Both the position numbers and the translations under genes were made by a program. DNA of 35,420 nt, taken from the UHGV virus genome UHGV-0075595; one strand, 5' to 3'. The stretch comes from a virus. Positions 26,733-34,113 of this stretch are shown piece after piece (positions within the stretch are counted from its first letter, which is position 1; every line of letters starts with the position of its first letter). The notes beneath the pieces are model-generated. The model was given only the letters and a program-made list of their open reading frames with translations. It was not told the origin of the DNA and made no database searches.

Positions 26733-26779
26733 TTAAAAACCACATAAGACACGAAATCAATAGATTTTAGAATATTTTA

Positions 26780-26794
26780 TTACCTCATAGGTAA
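26780..26794. promoter_or_regulatory. Operator-like palindrome TTACCTCATAGGTAA downstream of P-like gene
   Basis: Perfect half-sites with ATTACC/GGTAAT extension; adjacent weak hairpin plus T7 run on minus strand. Confidence 0.5.
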
Positions 26795-26831
26795 TTATTG
26801 AGACGTAAAAAAATGCGCTATCGCGCTGGTA

Positions 26832-27632
26832 TTACTTGATAAATCCTGCCGCCTTTCCCCGCCTGTATTCCTCCATCAGCCACTGCGCCGGTGTTATTCC
26901 CCCCAGGGTGGCGGCGTTAGGCATGCACCCGAAACTTCGCCCTGGCGGGTGGTAAACGTCTCTCCCTGTGTCCGGAGGTGTACTCATGGGCTCTGGCTTT
27001 GCCTGTATGCTGATCACCGGATCGGGTATCTGCTGTCCGGAAGCCACCTTTTTCGCCCAATCATCGAGCAGCCTGCGCGCGTGTTTCTCAACCTCAATCT
27101 CGCTAAGCTGGCGCTGATACATTGCACGGCGGGTATCACATACGACCCAGTACATAACCGGATGCCGCCACGGGAATCTTTCGGGACCACCAGGATATAA
27201 ACTTTTTTCCTTGCTGTACCGGTGAAACTCCGCCATCACATCGTCAATGGTGACGCCAAGAACCATCTTGCTGTCTTTGCACCACTTGATAAATTGCCCT
27301 GGAGACGGCCAGAACGGAGATTCACTGGCGCGGGCGTGGCGCATACCAGCAGAAACCTGTTCACGGGTTCGGATCCCCCCTTCGGCAAACGCAGCAATCC
27401 ACTGCTGTTTTGCAGCAACTTCCTGCTCTGGCGTCTTCAGGTTGGTTACCACTGCCGCCGGAAACAGTTGTTTCAGCTGTTTAAAAAGGGCATCAACAAG
27501 CCTCTCTGCTGACATGTTCACCACATTGTCATTGTTGACGTACTGATGCTCATAACCTGACATGCGAGAAAGGGCTTCTCCGTCACGGTTTTGTATCGCG
27601 GTAAAAACGTTGTTCACAAGAAATCCTCCCAT
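26832..27632 (-). CDS. Replication protein P-like (helicase loader, lambda P family)
   Basis: Motifs QWIAAFAEGGIRTREQVSAGMRHARASESPFWPSPGQFIKWC and YPGGPERFPWRHPVMYWVV match lambda P as recalled. Confidence 0.7.
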   Translation of the reverse strand: MGGFLVNNVFTAIQNRDGEALSRMSGYEHQYVNNDNVVNMSAERLVDALFKQLKQLFPAAVVTNLKTPEQEVAAKQQWIAAFAEGGIRTREQVSAGMRHARASESPFWPSPGQFIKWCKDSKMVLGVTIDDVMAEFHRYSKEKSLYPGGPERFPWRHPVMYWVVCDTRRAMYQRQLSEIEVEKHARRLLDDWAKKVASGQQIPDPVISIQAKPEPMSTPPDTGRDVYHPPGRSFGCMPNAATLGGITPAQWLMEEYRRGKAAGFIK

Positions 27633-28429
27633 GCTTCAGGGCTGTTCCAGTGCGGAACGTTGTTATCAGGTAATGTTGATTGCTTCTGTCTGCTAATCTG
27701 CAGCCGCCTTGCCAGCTTCTGCTCCCACTGTGCCTGATGGTATGCCTTACCCTCAGCCATCCAGTAAATTCTGAACTCTGCAAGTTCCTGTGCCGTTGGC
27801 AGACTGTCCAGGTAGATCCCCTGCAATGAGCTTTTCCGAAGAAAGTCATCTGATGGCTGCCATTGTTCATGCATGACAAATTTGCCTAATTGCCCTGGCC
27901 CACCAGGAGGAACAAAGTTATTCATCACGGCGTTGTTTGCTCCGGGGTCATGAGGCACAGAATCCCCGCTTTTTGTCCTGCTCTCCCTCTCTTGGTTAAA
28001 TGACTGGTTATATGACTGGTTCTGGATCCCGTTTTTGGGATCATTCAACATCCCGTTTTTGGGATCATTCAACATCCCGTTTTTGGGTATATTCCCGTTT
28101 TCGGGTATATTCCCGTTTTCGGGTTCATTGCCCCACTCCCGGTTGCCTTTAATGTTCCCGTTTTTGGTTATATTAAGAGAGAAAACCCGCACTCTTTTTG
28201 TCGCTCCCTTTCTCTCTCCGGTATCTGAAATAAGCCCCATTTTCATGAGCGATATAAGCCCGGCCTGCACGGTTTTTTTATTCAGGCAAGTGTCTTTAAC
28301 GAGGCGTTCTATGCTGGGGTAGCAGAGGTTATATTCATCGGCTCTGTCAGCCATCGAGAGCAGTATGAGCTTTAATGATGAGCTACCTGGATCTGTCTCC
28401 CAGGCCCAATCTGTTGCATGTCTGCTCAT
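27614..28429 (-). CDS. Replication initiator, lambda O-like (N-terminal winged-helix domain, internal iteron-encoded repeats, C-terminal P-interaction region)
   Basis: 271 aa; tandem DNA repeats inside the gene give the peptide repeat NGNIPENGNIPKNGMLNDPKNGMLNDPKNG; directly upstream of P-like gene. Confidence 0.6.
   Translation of the reverse strand: MSRHATDWAWETDPGSSSLKLILLSMADRADEYNLCYPSIERLVKDTCLNKKTVQAGLISLMKMGLISDTGERKGATKRVRVFSLNITKNGNIKGNREWGNEPENGNIPENGNIPKNGMLNDPKNGMLNDPKNGIQNQSYNQSFNQERESRTKSGDSVPHDPGANNAVMNNFVPPGGPGQLGKFVMHEQWQPSDDFLRKSSLQGIYLDSLPTAQELAEFRIYWMAEGKAYHQAQWEQKLARRLQISRQKQSTLPDNNVPHWNSPEAWEDFL
28026..28130. repeat. Replication-origin iterons: five tandem 18-24 bp repeats (core CCCGTTTT(T)GGG(A)T(C)ATTC) inside the O-like gene
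   Basis: Two identical 24-mers ATCCCGTTTTTGGGATCATTCAAC followed by three degenerate copies; further partial copy near 28156..28176 and AT-rich tract. Confidence 0.6.
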
Positions 28430-28444
28430 GATTAATCTCCGCTA

Positions 28445-28645
28445 TCAGCTTGAGTGTTGTGGGGAGGAATTAATCATGATCTGCTTAATCTCTGCCCTGA
28501 TGCGACGGTTTGACTCCATGGTGCACTCAACACAGTGTCCGTTGTAAACCCAGCGTTCACTGTCATGTCCGTGCTTACATGGTTTTCCGGTGTAGTAGCG
28601 TTTAAGTCCGCGCTTTGCGGCATCAATACGTGTAATGATTTCCAT
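28445..28645 (-). CDS. Small putative zinc-binding protein (C-x2-H ... C-x2-C)
   Basis: Start at internal ATG 28645 (MEIITRIDAAKRGLKRYYTGKPCKHGH...CVEC). Confidence 0.4.
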   Translation of the reverse strand: MEIITRIDAAKRGLKRYYTGKPCKHGHDSERWVYNGHCVECTMESNRRIRAEIKQIMINSSPQHSS

Positions 28646-28725
28646 GGTAAGCCCTGTTATTAGTATTGGGATTACGGTTATTTTGTGCTGACACAAAAAA
28701 AAGATCAACCAGATTTGGTTTTTTA

Positions 28726-28740
28726 TTACCTTTGAGGTAC
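28726..28740. promoter_or_regulatory. Operator-like palindrome TTACCTTTGAGGTAC (one mismatch) between Cro-like gene terminator and downstream genes
   Basis: Half-site mismatch in right arm. Confidence 0.4.
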
Positions 28741-28745
28741 GAATA

Positions 28746-28773
28746 GATATGAAAAGACCGCCGGATGGCGGTC
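28746..28773 (-). terminator. Rho-independent terminator after Cro-like gene (GACCGCC-atcc-GGCGGTC then TTTTCATAT on minus strand)
   Basis: 7-bp GC-rich stem at 28756..28773, T-rich tract on minus strand; 23 nt downstream of stop at 28796. Confidence 0.55.
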
Positions 28774-28795
28774 TACAGAGGGTTGTTGCCAGATA

Positions 28796-29026
28796 TCATG
28801 AGTAGAAGAAGTATGCCAGTTCCGCTTTTGAGCGCAGCCATTGTCTTGTTTTACAGGCTTTAAAAAGCCCATTCATCAATACCTTACCTGGCATTTTGCG
28901 CTTACCTGTTAAGTGAGTCTGGATATAGTGACTCGTCGTTCCGGCTTCCTGTGCGAAGGCTTCACGCTCATCCGGAGTAAGTGCAAGCCAGTGCTTTTTG
29001 AAATCGAAATGTCCGTTATCGCTCAT
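28796..29026 (-). CDS. Cro-like HTH regulator
   Basis: 76 aa; helix-turn-helix-like AFAQEAGTTSHYIQTHLTGKRKMP; divergent from repressor gene across operator cluster. Confidence 0.45.
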   Translation of the reverse strand: MSDNGHFDFKKHWLALTPDEREAFAQEAGTTSHYIQTHLTGKRKMPGKVLMNGLFKACKTRQWLRSKAELAYFFYS

Positions 29027-29062
29027 AGCTATTGCCTGATATTTATTTCAGATAATAAATAT

Positions 29063-29125
29063 TCACCCATAAGGTAACAAAAATCAAGGATAGTTACCTA
29101 TGGGGTGCATTTACCTGTTGGGTAA
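29063..29125. promoter_or_regulatory. Immunity operator cluster (three sites: TCACCCATAAGGTAA 29063..29077, TTACCTATGGGGTGC 29094..29108, TTACCTGTTGGGTAA 29111..29125)
   Basis: Three related palindromes in the 154-bp gap between divergent Cro-like and repressor genes; first two are inverted near-copies of each other. Confidence 0.6.
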
Positions 29126-29180
29126 TATTGCTTTAAATTGAATCATCTACTGATTCATATATGAGGCGATTTTCCAGAAA

Positions 29181-29765
29181 ATGAAAAGTATCCAGGACGT
29201 CCGCAGGCAAAATCTCAACGACTTGATCGACCGTGAATTCAATGGTGTTCAGACGCGGATGGCAGAAAAACTTGGAACTCAGGCAAATCTGGTAAACCGC
29301 TGGGCTCTTGGCAAGAAGGTTATCGGCGACCAGGTTGCGCGAAAAATTGAAGCTGCCGCCAATAAACCCCGTAACTGGCTTGATATCGATCGCTCGCTTT
29401 CTCAGGAAGGTTTTCAGCCTGTCGGCCCAAGCGACATTGGTCAGCTGGCAGCTCACAACCTGGAACGCTGGATGAGTGAAAGCCGCGACCTTTCAACTCA
29501 GGGAAAACTTCACCGCGCATCCGGCGTCGCCCAGGTGACAATCAGTCGCCTGTTAAACAATGAGGTCAGCGTTTCCATTTCCACCCTGGAGAATGTTGCA
29601 TCCGCATTCGGGCGTCACGGATATGAACTACTGATTCACCCGCACGACCCTGCGACTATCAACTATGACCGCTCGCGCTACGCATTGTTACCCGAAACCG
29701 AGAAAGCAAAGATCGAAAGTTACATTGAATTTGTCATCAACCAGAACGAAAAAAACAAACAATAA
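29181..29765 (+). CDS. Repressor with tandem XRE-type HTH domains, no recognisable LexA-like S24 autocleavage domain
   Basis: 194 aa; two HTH-like segments (MAEKLGTQANLVNRWALGKK... and LHRASGVAQVTISRLLNNEV...); followed by strong terminator. Confidence 0.6.
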   Translation: MKSIQDVRRQNLNDLIDREFNGVQTRMAEKLGTQANLVNRWALGKKVIGDQVARKIEAAANKPRNWLDIDRSLSQEGFQPVGPSDIGQLAAHNLERWMSESRDLSTQGKLHRASGVAQVTISRLLNNEVSVSISTLENVASAFGRHGYELLIHPHDPATINYDRSRYALLPETEKAKIESYIEFVINQNEKNKQ

Positions 29766-29785
29766 AATCATACTCTTCAGTAAGT

Positions 29786-29809
29786 AAGCCGCCTTCTGGC
29801 GGCTTTTTT
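29786..29809 (+). terminator. Rho-independent terminator (AAGCCGCC-ttct-GGCGGCTT followed by T-run)
   Basis: 8-bp stem directly after repressor stop. Confidence 0.7.
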
Positions 29810-29822
29810 ATTGCCTATACTA

Positions 29823-29899
29823 TTACCTAATGGGTAATTTTTTTAACTCATATCTATTGACATCAAACCAAATACGCATAATTATTACCTCAACGGTAA
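29823..29899 (+). promoter_or_regulatory. Left-operon-like promoter (TTGACA-17-AATTAT) flanked by two operators (TTACCTAATGGGTAA 29823..29837; TTACCTCAACGGTAA 29885..29899)
   Basis: -35 at 29857..29862; operators 62 bp apart centre to centre; downstream operator overlaps -10/+1. Confidence 0.55.
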
Positions 29900-29918
29900 C
29901 AGACCGAGGTAACAAGTT

Positions 29919-30071
29919 ATGCAGTGGAAAATCATCAACGGTTGGTACTGCGTTACTGCATGCGGATTCATGAGCTGGAAGTTCCGCACCTTACAGGAAG
30001 GCATTAAGTGGGCTTTCGTCAGCAAAGAAGCTCGCGATGTAGCCAACGATAACGAGATATGGGAGGGCTGA
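29919..30071 (+). CDS. Small hypothetical protein (50 aa, Trp/Cys-rich)
   Basis: Not in ORF track (below size cutoff); ATG with GAGGT RBS 8 nt upstream; hand-translated. Confidence 0.3.
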   Translation: MQWKIINGWYCVTACGFMSWKFRTLQEGIKWAFVSKEARDVANDNEIWEG

Positions 30072-30073
30072 TA

Positions 30074-30373
30074 ATGAACGTTAATCAGCAGAAAAATCTT
30101 CAAAAAATCATGCTGGCATTCGACAAGGACTACCGCCTGTCAGAACAGCTATATGACCGACAAGTTGAACTGATTGAGAGCATCCGACTTCATCAACTGT
30201 CCTCAACTTTCGACGTTGTAACAGGCAAAGGCGTTCGTCAGGAAGTGCTGGAGGCTGCTAAAGACAGCCCTGAGTTCGAAGAACTGATGGATGCCTACCG
30301 GCGCGAGGCAATGGCAATTATAGCGCGCTGGGATCTGGCGGATCAGCTTGATGGACAGAGGGACGCGGCATGA
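30074..30373 (+). CDS. Hypothetical early protein
   Basis: Start at ATG 30074 with GGGAGGG RBS; stop overlaps next start (ATGA). Confidence 0.45.
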   Translation: MNVNQQKNLQKIMLAFDKDYRLSEQLYDRQVELIESIRLHQLSSTFDVVTGKGVRQEVLEAAKDSPEFEELMDAYRREAMAIIARWDLADQLDGQRDAA

Positions 30374-31191
30374 AACCGGGAATTTATTTCGACATCAGCA
30401 ACGAAGACTACCACGCCGGTGACGGCGTGAGTAAGTCGCAACTGGACATGGTTGCCAAGAATCCGGCGCTTCTTAAATGGGTTCAGGCAGCACCAGAAGA
30501 CGAAGAGAAAAAGTCTGCACTGGATATGGGAACCGCATTGCACTGTCTGCTTCTGGAGCCTGGAGAATTCGACAAACGCTTCATTGTTTCACCGAAGTTC
30601 GATCGTCGGACGAAACAAGGTAAAGCTGACGAAGAAGCATTTCTTCGTGATGTAGCGGATATGGGGATTACGGTACTTGATGCCGAGCAGTGGCGGAAAC
30701 TGGAGCTGATGCGTGATAGCGCAATGGCTCACCCGGCGGCACGCTGGATGCTGGAAGCACCTGGTTACTGCGAAGCATCAATGTACTGGAACGATGAAGA
30801 GACGGGTGAGTTGTGCCGAATTCGTCCAGACAAATGGCTGAACGAGCACAACGTGATCGTCGACGTGAAAAAGGTTGCAGATATGGACCGTTTTGCACGT
30901 CACATCGAGGAATTCCGCTACCACGTGCAGGACGCAATGTACCGCGAAGGCGCAATGAGGGTTACTGGTCAGCCGCATGGTTTTTTCTTTCTTGCCGTGA
31001 GCGAAAGCATTGATTGTGGTCGGTATCCGGTACGCGTGTTCGGGCTGGATGCGCCGGATGTCGATGCCGGGCACGCTCTGTTCCGCCGGGATCTGAATAC
31101 CTATCACGAATGCCGCATCAGCGATGAATGGGGCGGCGTGGAAATTATTAAACGCCCTGAGTGGGCACGCAAACAGGATATGTACGTATGA
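30370..31191 (+). CDS. RecE-family PD-(D/E)xK exonuclease (nuclease-domain-only form)
   Basis: GIYFDISNEDYHA...LHCLLLEPGEFDKRFIVSPKFDRRTKQGKADEEAFLR resembles RecE C-terminal nuclease domain as recalled; paired with RecT. Confidence 0.65.
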   Translation: MKPGIYFDISNEDYHAGDGVSKSQLDMVAKNPALLKWVQAAPEDEEKKSALDMGTALHCLLLEPGEFDKRFIVSPKFDRRTKQGKADEEAFLRDVADMGITVLDAEQWRKLELMRDSAMAHPAARWMLEAPGYCEASMYWNDEETGELCRIRPDKWLNEHNVIVDVKKVADMDRFARHIEEFRYHVQDAMYREGAMRVTGQPHGFFFLAVSESIDCGRYPVRVFGLDAPDVDAGHALFRRDLNTYHECRISDEWGGVEIIKRPEWARKQDMYV

Positions 31192-32105
31192 GCAACGAAA
31201 TTGCAATCACCAATGATGTGTTGGCTATTCGGGGAATCGATGAAGTTACATGGAGCGCTCTGAAAAACAGTATTTACCCTGGGGCAAAAGATGAATCGGT
31301 AATGATGGCAGTCGATTACTGCCGGGCGCGTCAACTCGATCCTCTTCTTAAGCCGGTACACCTGGTACCAATGAGTGTTAAAGACTCGAAGAGTGGAAAG
31401 AATGAATGGCGCGACGTGGTCATGCCTGGCATTGGACTTTATCGCATTCAGGCCTACCGTTCCGGCGATTACGCAGGCGCTAATGAACCTGAGTTCGGTC
31501 CAGATGTAACACAAACGCTTTCAGGCGTGGAGGTTACCTTCCCTCAGTGGTGTAAGTACACCGTCAGCAAGCGAATGGCAAGCGGGGAAATCGTAGAGTT
31601 TAGCGCCAAAGAATACTGGATTGAGAACTATGCAACTGGGGGGCGTGACACATCGGCACCAAATGCCATGTGGAAAAAGCGCCCTTATGCGCAGTTGGCA
31701 AAATGCGCAGAGGCACAGGCATTACGTAAAGCATGGCCGGAGATTGGTCAACAAGCCACAGCTGAGGAAATGGAAGGTAAATATATCGACTCACCTGACA
31801 TTATTGAACGTGACGTAACTCCAAGAAGTCAGGCAAAGCACGGCACAGCATCCAGCATGAACAGTCTGATCAACGCTAAACCAGTGAAAAAGCATGATGA
31901 GCAAACGCGTAAAGCGGATAGCCGTGATCCAGAAGAAATGCTGATGGCCTTTACCAGCGCAGCGATGAATTACAGCACTGTCTCCGAACTGGATAAGGCT
32001 TACAAATACATTGCACAAAAACTTTCAGATGATGACGAACTGCTGGCAAAAGCCACCGACGTTTACAGCGTTCGTCGGGAAGAATTAAACGAAACATCTA
32101 TGTAA
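31188..32105 (+). CDS. recT: RecT single-strand annealing recombinase
   Basis: Motif MWKKRPYAQLAKCAEAQALRKAWPE characteristic of RecT; ATG overlaps upstream stop (ATGA). Confidence 0.8.
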   Translation: MSNEIAITNDVLAIRGIDEVTWSALKNSIYPGAKDESVMMAVDYCRARQLDPLLKPVHLVPMSVKDSKSGKNEWRDVVMPGIGLYRIQAYRSGDYAGANEPEFGPDVTQTLSGVEVTFPQWCKYTVSKRMASGEIVEFSAKEYWIENYATGGRDTSAPNAMWKKRPYAQLAKCAEAQALRKAWPEIGQQATAEEMEGKYIDSPDIIERDVTPRSQAKHGTASSMNSLINAKPVKKHDEQTRKADSRDPEEMLMAFTSAAMNYSTVSELDKAYKYIAQKLSDDDELLAKATDVYSVRREELNETSM

Positions 32106-32154
32106 CCACCACCGCGGCGCCACACGCGCCGCACTGCAACCAAGAGAGGTATTT

Positions 32155-32403
32155 ATGAAAGGTGCATTAGATAAGAAGAAACTCCTGGCGGTGGTGCCAC
32201 TGTCATGGAGCACTATCGACCGTATGGAGCGCGCAGGTGAATTTCCTAAACGCTGGTATATCACTGACAAACGCTGCGCATGGAACCGTGACGAAGTTGA
32301 GCGTTGGCTTGATGAACGTCAGGCAGCAAGCCCGGCAGAGTTCCAGGGTAAAAAGCCTCCTGTTCAGCAACGTGTATATCGTCCTGTGAGAAACGCTGCA
32401 TGA
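32155..32403 (+). CDS. AlpA-like DNA-binding protein (excisionase/regulator family)
   Basis: 82 aa; LLAVVPLSWSTIDRMERAGEFPKRWYITDKRCAWNRDEVERWL typical of AlpA-type proteins; AGAGGT RBS. Confidence 0.6.
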   Translation: MKGALDKKKLLAVVPLSWSTIDRMERAGEFPKRWYITDKRCAWNRDEVERWLDERQAASPAEFQGKKPPVQQRVYRPVRNAA

Positions 32404-32512
32404 GTGTGCTGCTAAGGCACTGGAGCAAATGGTCAGGATGGTACTTATTCCTGGCCTCTGTTTCAGCATGGCTTTATCTGCTGGCATTAATTTTCAGAGA
32501 GGGTTGGATTAA

Positions 32513-32812
32513 GTGAGAAAGTTAAGCCGACTTGAAAAATATCACATGAACAAGGTTTCAATGCGCCGTCCTTCAAAGGTTATCGCCGTTACTCCTGCGG
32601 CGATAGAGATCGAAAAACGCGCGATTGAAAGAGAGAAAAAAGGGCAGTTCCGCATTGCCGCTCACCTTTGGCTTCAGTGTATGGATGTTGCTTCTGGTGA
32701 TGTTGAACGTGCAAGGATCGCGGTTCGCAGGGACCAATGTATCACAAAAGGTAACGGCCTTCGCCGTGGCGACTATAGCGGCATAGGATGTTGTGGGGTG
32801 GTTTATGACTAA
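32513..32812 (+). CDS. PerC-family transcriptional regulator-like protein
   Basis: 99 aa; GQFRIAAHLWLQCMDVASGDVERARIAVRRDQC resembles PerC/Pch signature as recalled; GTG start with GAGAGGG RBS. Confidence 0.4.
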   Translation: MRKLSRLEKYHMNKVSMRRPSKVIAVTPAAIEIEKRAIEREKKGQFRIAAHLWLQCMDVASGDVERARIAVRRDQCITKGNGLRRGDYSGIGCCGVVYD

Positions 32813-33455
32813 GAAATACACACTAATCTATGCAGATCCACCCTGGGTATACCGGGACAAAGCCGCAGATGGTAATCGCGGTGCCGGTTTTAAATATCCG
32901 GTTATGAGTGTGCTGGATATCTGCCGCCTTCCTGTGTGGGATTTGGCCGATGAAAACTGTCTGTTGGCCATGTGGTGGGTGCCAACACAACCACTCGAAG
33001 CACTAAAAGTTGTTGAAGCCTGGGGATTCCGTCTGATGACGATGAAGAGCTTCACGTGGATAAAATGTGGTAGTCGACAACCAGATAAACTGGTTATGGG
33101 TATGGGACACATGACTCGCGCCAATAGTGAAGATTGCCTGTTTGCGGTAAAGGGAAAACTACCTACGCGCATTAATGCAGGGATCGTTCAGTCATTTACC
33201 GCACCGCGGCCTGAGCATTCAAGAAAGCCAGATATCGTTCGTGAAAAACTTGTGCAATTATTAGGCGATGTTTCTCGCATTGAACTGTTCGCCCGCCAGA
33301 CGTCTCATGGCTTCGATGTTTGGGGTAATCAGTGCGAAGACCCGGCAGTGCAACTACACCCTGGATACGCGTTGGATATCGGCGGATTAACAAATGCATT
33401 CAGCAATGCTCCGCTGTCACCAACAGACAACCAGGGGCGGGAGCGTGCAGCATGA
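32805..33455 (+). CDS. DNA N6-adenine methyltransferase, MT-A70 family
   Basis: N-terminal YADPPW motif; 216 aa from ATG 32805. Confidence 0.7.
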   Translation: MTKKYTLIYADPPWVYRDKAADGNRGAGFKYPVMSVLDICRLPVWDLADENCLLAMWWVPTQPLEALKVVEAWGFRLMTMKSFTWIKCGSRQPDKLVMGMGHMTRANSEDCLFAVKGKLPTRINAGIVQSFTAPRPEHSRKPDIVREKLVQLLGDVSRIELFARQTSHGFDVWGNQCEDPAVQLHPGYALDIGGLTNAFSNAPLSPTDNQGRERAA

Positions 33456-34111
33456 ACCTATATCAACGCATCAATGGCGCTGACTGGTGCAATATCTTCG
33501 TCGTCGGCGATCTGCATGGGTGCTACACGCTGCTGATGAACGAACTCGACAAAGTTTCATTCGACCCGGCGCGCGATTTGCTTATTTCCGTTGGTGACCT
33601 TGTTGACCGCGGCGCTGAAAACGTCGAATGCCTGGATTTGATTACTATGCCGTGGTTCCGAGCTGTTCGTGGCAACCATGAGCAGATGATGCTGGATGCA
33701 CTGGTCAACGGCGGAAGTTTCGGACATTGGATGTCAAACGGCGGTGGATGGTGGCACCAACTTGATTCTGAGCAGGATGTGCAACTCAAATACCTTCTGC
33801 CAAAGGTTACCAACCTCCCGATGATTATCGAACTGGTTACCGGCAATAAGAAGGTCGTCATCTGCCACGCAGACTACCCGCACAACGAATACGCATTCGA
33901 TAAGCCAGTACCGGAAGAAATGGTGATATGGAATCGTGAGCGGGTTAGCGACGCGCAGGACGGTATTGTCTCGGAGATAACCGGTGCCGATTTGTTCATC
34001 TTCGGTCATACGCCAGCACATCACCCACTGGTGTATGCAAACCAAATGTACATCGACACCGGCGCAGTGTTCTGCGGAAATCTGACGCTTACCAAAGTCC
34101 AGGAAGGATAG
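33452..34111 (+). CDS. Serine/threonine protein phosphatase (lambda PPase-like metallophosphatase)
   Basis: Motifs GDLHGC, GDLVDRG, GNHE; start at ATG 33452 overlapping upstream stop. Confidence 0.75.
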   Translation: MNLYQRINGADWCNIFVVGDLHGCYTLLMNELDKVSFDPARDLLISVGDLVDRGAENVECLDLITMPWFRAVRGNHEQMMLDALVNGGSFGHWMSNGGGWWHQLDSEQDVQLKYLLPKVTNLPMIIELVTGNKKVVICHADYPHNEYAFDKPVPEEMVIWNRERVSDAQDGIVSEITGADLFIFGHTPAHHPLVYANQMYIDTGAVFCGNLTLTKVQEG

Positions 34112-34113
34112 AA

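Noticed and set aside
28026-28130. Tandem repeats as a CRISPR array
   Set aside because: Repeats are 18-24 bp with no unique spacers, lie inside a coding sequence in frame, and no cas genes are present; they are replication iterons.
29161-29183. Upstream ATG at 29161 as repressor start
   Set aside because: It opens a 7-codon frame that terminates at TGA overlapping the ATG at 29181; the HTH-containing frame starts at 29181.
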